Below the pieces are notes generated by a model. That model had not been told where the DNA came from, did not search any database, and was given only the letters and a program-made list of their open reading frames with translations. The position numbers were made by a program, and so were the translations under genes. Of a stretch of DNA of 54,860 nucleotides, positions 50,572-54,860 are shown one piece after another; the stretch's first letter is position 1, and each line of letters starts with the position of its first letter. The DNA is from Flavipsychrobacter stenotrophus (GTDB lineage: Bacteria; Bacteroidota; Bacteroidia; Chitinophagales; Chitinophagaceae): the NCBI GenBank assembly GCA_945902755.1, contig CAMDNC010000001.1, positions 1 through 54,860 on the forward strand. Direction: 5' to 3'.

Positions 50572-50664
50572 AGGCCGTCGTTTTTAATTGGTTAGAACTA
50601 TTTTAACAGAAAATTACTATTTAATGCTGGATTTTCAAATTTTATCAATAATTATTTTCATCCC

Positions 50665-50679
50665 ACCAAAATCATGCCA
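50665..50679 (-). promoter_or_regulatory. Sigma-54-like -24/-12 element for the gene at 50571
   Basis: TGGCATGATTTTGGT on the minus strand, compared with the consensus TGGCACG-N4-TTGC. Confidence 0.4.
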
Positions 50680-50905
50680 CAATATATTACATGACTCTAG
50701 TTATAAAAATAGCTGATTTTCAGCATAAAATAAAATAATTCATTCTTGTTTCGTTCTTGTCCTATTCGCAATTATTACCAATTGCTTTTTTTTGTAAAAA
50801 AAACCATTTTGTCCGTTGCCATCTAGTAATTTTAACACTCCATCTATTCTCTTAAAAAAAAATACCCAAAATGTTTTTTAACTGATTGTTGATAATTTGT
50901 ATAAG

Positions 50906-50920
50906 TGGCATGATATTTGT
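50906..50920 (+). promoter_or_regulatory. Sigma-54-like -24/-12 element for the Reeler gene
   Basis: TGGCATGATATTTGT, 95 nt upstream of ATG 51016. Confidence 0.55.
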
Positions 50921-51015
50921 TGTGGAAATGTCATAGTTTTGTTTGTAGATTACACGTACATACATTTATTTAATCAACTACCAAATACATTATCTAAACC
51001 TAAAAAAAACAAAAA

Positions 51016-51861
51016 ATGAAAAAACAAATTTTACTATTTACTCTTACTGCAGGTATGGTTGCTACTGTTTTAATGAGTTCTTCCGGTGGTGCCGCAAATG
51101 GTGGTCTTGGAAATAGGACGGGCGCAAAAGGCTCTACTGCAAATTGTAGTGGTGGCAGCTGTCATGGTGGTGTTTCTGCTGCTACTACCGCTACTATCAG
51201 AGTAGATTCTGCTGGTGGCGTAGAAGTAACTAAATATGTACCTGGTATGACTTATACTGTTACTGTAACTGGTGCTCATACTTCCAACAATCGTTTTGGG
51301 TTTCAGTTTGCTGCCGTATCAGGTGTAGGCGCAGCTCAGCTTCAAGCGGGTACTTTTTCTGCCCTGCCTACTAGCGTAGCTTCAAGGACAGCTTCTGGCC
51401 TCAATATCATAGAGCAATCTACTGGTATAACTGGTCCACTTAGTAAATCTTTCTCTTGGACCGCACCTGCTGCCGGTCTGGGCAACATTTCTTTATACCT
51501 TATAGTTAACGCAACTAATGCGAGCGGTGGTCCTGATGCTTCAGATGTGACGGCCAATACTTCTAAAATACTTACAGAATTGGTTACCTCTTCAGTTCCA
51601 GTGGTTACAAACAATGTTGCGGTTACTGCATTCCCTAATCCAGTTATAGGCCAGCTAAATGTACAGGTTGGTAACATAACTGGTGCTTATTCAGTCGCTG
51701 TATATGATATCACCGGCAAATCAGTATCCAACACTTCTGTAGAAGCAGGTAATGTAGCTGCAACTACAAGCTTCAACACTTCTAACTGGGCTCCAGGTGC
51801 TTATCAGGTAGTGGTAGAAAGCGAAGGAAACCGTACTGTTCAGCAGGTGGTTAAACAATAA
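51016..51861 (+). CDS. T9SS cargo with a Reeler / choice-of-anchor V-like domain
   Basis: TGAKGSTANCSGGSCH, YVPGMTYTVTV, RFGFQ and FSWTAP motifs. CTD AFPNP...YDITGK...APGAYQV...VVKQ. Confidence 0.85.
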   Translation: MKKQILLFTLTAGMVATVLMSSSGGAANGGLGNRTGAKGSTANCSGGSCHGGVSAATTATIRVDSAGGVEVTKYVPGMTYTVTVTGAHTSNNRFGFQFAAVSGVGAAQLQAGTFSALPTSVASRTASGLNIIEQSTGITGPLSKSFSWTAPAAGLGNISLYLIVNATNASGGPDASDVTANTSKILTELVTSSVPVVTNNVAVTAFPNPVIGQLNVQVGNITGAYSVAVYDITGKSVSNTSVEAGNVAATTSFNTSNWAPGAYQVVVESEGNRTVQQVVKQ

Positions 51862-51878
51862 TACAATCCTCAATCTAT

Positions 51879-51923
51879 AAAAAAAACAGGCATTAACGGT
51901 ATTCGTTAGTGCCTGTTTTTTTT
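51879..51923. terminator. Bidirectional terminator
   Basis: A8-CAGGCATTAACG-5 nt-CGTTAGTGCCTG-T8 between convergent genes. Confidence 0.88.
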
Positions 51924-51939
51924 ATGCCCATAAATTCTA

Positions 51940-53205
51940 TTATTTCATTACCACTTGCAGTGTTTTGCGTGTTTCTTGCCTCAGCAGTATGGTGTGGTAT
52001 TTGGTGAGGTCTTCAACCACAGCAAGGTTAAAGTGCCTAACAGTCAACAGACTTACTTGCTCGTTTATAGTCACTTTATAATCTTTACTCAGGGCCTGTA
52101 TCAGTGGTGTTACTTTATCATCTCTATTATCAATACAAGCTACAAAACTGATGGCGGCATTCTGAATCAGGTTTATCTTCACTTTTAAGTCATGAAAAAT
52201 GCTGTATAGTTTACTCAGATTGTCTTCTGTAATAAAAGAAAAATCCCGGGTAGTTACCTGCACTAGTACTTGTTTGTCTTTAAGCACTATCATGGGCGGG
52301 TAGTGTACATCTCCTGCATCAGCCTTAATTACAGAGCCCGATAATTTTTTGTCCAAAAAACACTTTACATACAACGGTATGTTGTTGTTGTGTAATGGTT
52401 TGATGGTTTTGGGGTGTATGATTTGTGCTCCATAAAACGCCATTTCTATCACTTCAGCATAAGATATAGCATTTATTTTCACAGTACCCGGAAACAGCTT
52501 AGGGTCAGCATTCCTAAAACCATCTACATCTTTCCAAATTGTTACACTGTCCATATGAAGCATGGCAGCCAGCACAGCAGCAGTATAGTCCGACCCCTCT
52601 CTGCCCAGCGTCACCGAATCCCCAGCAGCAGTAGCTCCTATAAAACCTTGCGTAACTACTATTTTCTTTTTTTTCAGTTCCCTACCTATTGTTGCTTCAG
52701 CTTGTAGGGCACTCCAGTTCCAGTCAACTACTGCATCCCTGTAGGTGTTATCAGTTATCAATACCTTCCTTACATCTACCCAAGTAGTACTAAGGTTGTT
52801 TTGTGCCAGATAGCCATGTAGTATACAGGATGAGAACAACTCACCCATACAAACTATTTGGTCATAAGAATAATCAAATCTTTTACTGTCTGCTTTTTTG
52901 ATAGCCTCATCAAACTCTACAAACAATACTTCCATTGCACCTTTTGTTTGCGCATAGTTATCTGCAACCAGTAGCTTTTCTGCATATTCTAAATGCTGCT
53001 GCTTGAGTTCATTACCCAGTTTATAAGCCTCAGGATATTCCTTATTTACTGCGCATTGCACTATTCTCTCCAGTGCATTTGTCGTCTTACCCATTGCCGA
53101 TATTACTATCAGCAATGGTTCTTGTTCCTCGCTAATTATCGGCAGCAATGCTGCCATCCTACCAGCGTCGGCAATAGATGCCCCCCCAAATTTGTAAACT
53201 TTCAT
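51940..53205 (-). CDS. lysC: Monofunctional aspartate kinase
   Basis: VYKFGGAS, VISAMGKTTN, TQGFIG, TLGREGSDYTA and IHPKT. Confidence 0.95.
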   Translation of the reverse strand: MKVYKFGGASIADAGRMAALLPIISEEQEPLLIVISAMGKTTNALERIVQCAVNKEYPEAYKLGNELKQQHLEYAEKLLVADNYAQTKGAMEVLFVEFDEAIKKADSKRFDYSYDQIVCMGELFSSCILHGYLAQNNLSTTWVDVRKVLITDNTYRDAVVDWNWSALQAEATIGRELKKKKIVVTQGFIGATAAGDSVTLGREGSDYTAAVLAAMLHMDSVTIWKDVDGFRNADPKLFPGTVKINAISYAEVIEMAFYGAQIIHPKTIKPLHNNNIPLYVKCFLDKKLSGSVIKADAGDVHYPPMIVLKDKQVLVQVTTRDFSFITEDNLSKLYSIFHDLKVKINLIQNAAISFVACIDNRDDKVTPLIQALSKDYKVTINEQVSLLTVRHFNLAVVEDLTKYHTILLRQETRKTLQVVMK

Positions 53206-53213
53206 AAAATGCG

Positions 53214-53221
53214 CAAAGGTA
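53214..53221 (-). promoter_or_regulatory. -7 box for lysC
   Basis: TACCTTTG, 8 nt from the ATG. Confidence 0.6.
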
Positions 53222-53303
53222 GTAACGATACAATTAAAAACATTGCCTCGTTACTACCTCCATTATACAATAGTACCAGCTATAAAGTGCTATACTAAGC
53301 AAC

Positions 53304-54860
53304 TTATATCACCTTTTTACCTCTCATAGCATCTTTCAGTGCTCCCTCCATTACGCGTTCTGCGTATGGTCTCGATATATTATTCAGCTCCTCGGTTTGG
53401 TGCTGAATTTTATTCTTGTCTTGCGCACCTATCGCATCACGCAGCAATTGCATATAAGTGCGAGTAGTAGTTACTTCATCCTCAGTAAGTGCCTCACTAT
53501 GTTTTTTGATGAACTTTTCTGTAGTCTCTAGCATTTGTTCCGCCTCAGTAGCAGCTTCTACCAGTGCACGGGTGCTTATGTCCTCTTTTGCATGCATTAG
53601 GCTGTCCAGCAGCATGTTTTCCACCTCTTCATCTGTAAGTCCATATTGTGGTTTCACTTCTATGGTTTGTGCTATGCCGCTTCTTAGTTCGGTAGCACTT
53701 ACACGCAGTATACCATCAGCATCTATCAGGAAGTTTACCTCTACCTTCGGCAGTCCTGCTGGCATGCCTGGTATCCCTGTCAGGTTAAATTCCGACAATT
53801 TTCTGTTGTCTTTCACCAGGTCTCTTTCGCCCTGATACACAGATATACGCATACCGCTCTGTCCGTCTTTCTGGGTAGTATATTGTCTGCCTGCCTTGGT
53901 AGGTATTTTAGAGTTACGGGGTATCAGTACATCCATTAGCCCTCCCATGGTTTCTATTCCCAGCGAAAGAGGTGTCACATCCAGTAGTAGCATTTCGGTG
54001 TTGTTACCCGCCAGTATATCGGCCTGTACAGCAGCACCCAGAGCCACCACCTCATCGGGGTTTAGTTTGTCGTGCACTTCCTGCCCAAAGAATTCACTAA
54101 CACTATTTTTTACCAGTGGCACACGGGTGCTACCGCCTACCATTACCACAGCATCTATTTGGTTTTTAGTTAGTCCGGCATCTGCCAGCGCATTGGTACA
54201 GGCAGTTATTGTACGTTGCACCAAAGGCATAATTAGTGCCTCAAATTCCGCCCTTGTTACTTGTACTTCTATGCCGTTTATGCTACCAGTATACACATCA
54301 TTGGTGGTTAGGTGTTTTTTCGCTTCCTCAGCAGTTACACGCAGTTGCTGCATCAACATTTTGTCAGCGCTATCGGCTTGTAGCACTCCACACCAGTGCT
54401 GCGCCAGAGCATTATCCATATCGTCACCTCCCAGATAAGTATCTCCGTTGGTAGACAAAACCTCAAATATCCCATTGCTAATAGTAAGTATCGATACATC
54501 AAACGTACCACCCCCCAGGTCATAAACAGCTATTGTTTTTTCCTCACCATGTTTGGCACCTATACCATAGGCAAGGCTAGCTGCCGTAGGCTCATTGATG
54601 ATGCGCAGCACGTCTAGCCCTGCTAGTCTGCCTGCATCGCGGGTAGCTTGTCTTTGCGAGTCGTTGAAGTATGCAGGTACTGTTATTACAGCCTTGCTCA
54701 CATTGGCTTTCAGTATGTGCTCCGCACGTTTCTTTAGCTCCTTTAGTATATACGACGATAGTTCTATAGGCGAATAAAAACGTTCACCTACTTGTATCTT
54801 CACTAGTGCATCTGTATCGTCATCTATTATGTTATAGGCAAAGAAGCCCGGCTTATTGCT
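53304..54860 (-). CDS. hscA: Hsp70-family Fe-S assembly chaperone HscA (5' end outside the window)
   Basis: TVPAYFN, YDLGGGTFDVS, PDEVVALGAA, SLGIETMGGLM and TQKDGQS (HscA-type). The frame is open to the window edge (SNKPGFFAYNIIDDD...). Confidence 0.9.
   Translation of the reverse strand, partial: SNKPGFFAYNIIDDDTDALVKIQVGERFYSPIELSSYILKELKKRAEHILKANVSKAVITVPAYFNDSQRQATRDAGRLAGLDVLRIINEPTAASLAYGIGAKHGEEKTIAVYDLGGGTFDVSILTISNGIFEVLSTNGDTYLGGDDMDNALAQHWCGVLQADSADKMLMQQLRVTAEEAKKHLTTNDVYTGSINGIEVQVTRAEFEALIMPLVQRTITACTNALADAGLTKNQIDAVVMVGGSTRVPLVKNSVSEFFGQEVHDKLNPDEVVALGAAVQADILAGNNTEMLLLDVTPLSLGIETMGGLMDVLIPRNSKIPTKAGRQYTTQKDGQSGMRISVYQGERDLVKDNRKLSEFNLTGIPGMPAGLPKVEVNFLIDADGILRVSATELRSGIAQTIEVKPQYGLTDEEVENMLLDSLMHAKEDISTRALVEAATEAEQMLETTEKFIKKHSEALTEDEVTTTRTYMQLLRDAIGAQDKNKIQHQTEELNNISRPYAERVMEGALKDAMRGKKVI

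Noticed and set aside
53181-53187. G7 run in lysC and G7 at 49574-49580 as phase-variable tracts
   Set aside because: Both are short. The lysC run encodes the conserved KFGG motif of a core enzyme.

Overview
A Bacteroidota chromosomal segment, most likely Chitinophagaceae-like. This is inferred from TAnnTTTG -7 promoter boxes, T9SS C-terminal domains and a scattered, operon-poor gene order. I saw no rRNA, tRNA, CRISPR array, transposase or phage gene. The ORF track misses the largest gene: a minus-strand ORF from ATG 8567 that runs off the left edge (at least 2855 aa). It is a giant Thr/Ser/Gly-rich surface protein with about 24 Cys-paired Big_2-like repeats, a GEVED domain and two proprotein-convertase P-like domains spliced into Ig domains. 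A second related adhesin (2186 aa, complete with T9SS CTD) lies at 21364-27924. Three more T9SS cargos are present: a delta-60 repeat protein, an M12B metalloprotease and a Reeler/choice-of-anchor-V protein. The rest is housekeeping or metabolic (pyrE, bshC, pyk, dusB, pdhB, hutU, ispF, ACMSD, kup, rarA, lysC, partial hscA) plus envelope genes. Best leads, all hypotheses: (1) the modular giant adhesin; (2) back-to-back sigma-54-like promoters with palindromes driving a CX4CH Reeler protein and a membrane protein next to a CxxC oxidoreductase; (3) a possible nucleic-acid scavenging cluster (NucA-like nuclease, two 2OG oxygenases, EamA, pyrE, NUDIX); (4) a G8 tract in a GT-C gene; (5) a CCCGCG linker in the nuclease.
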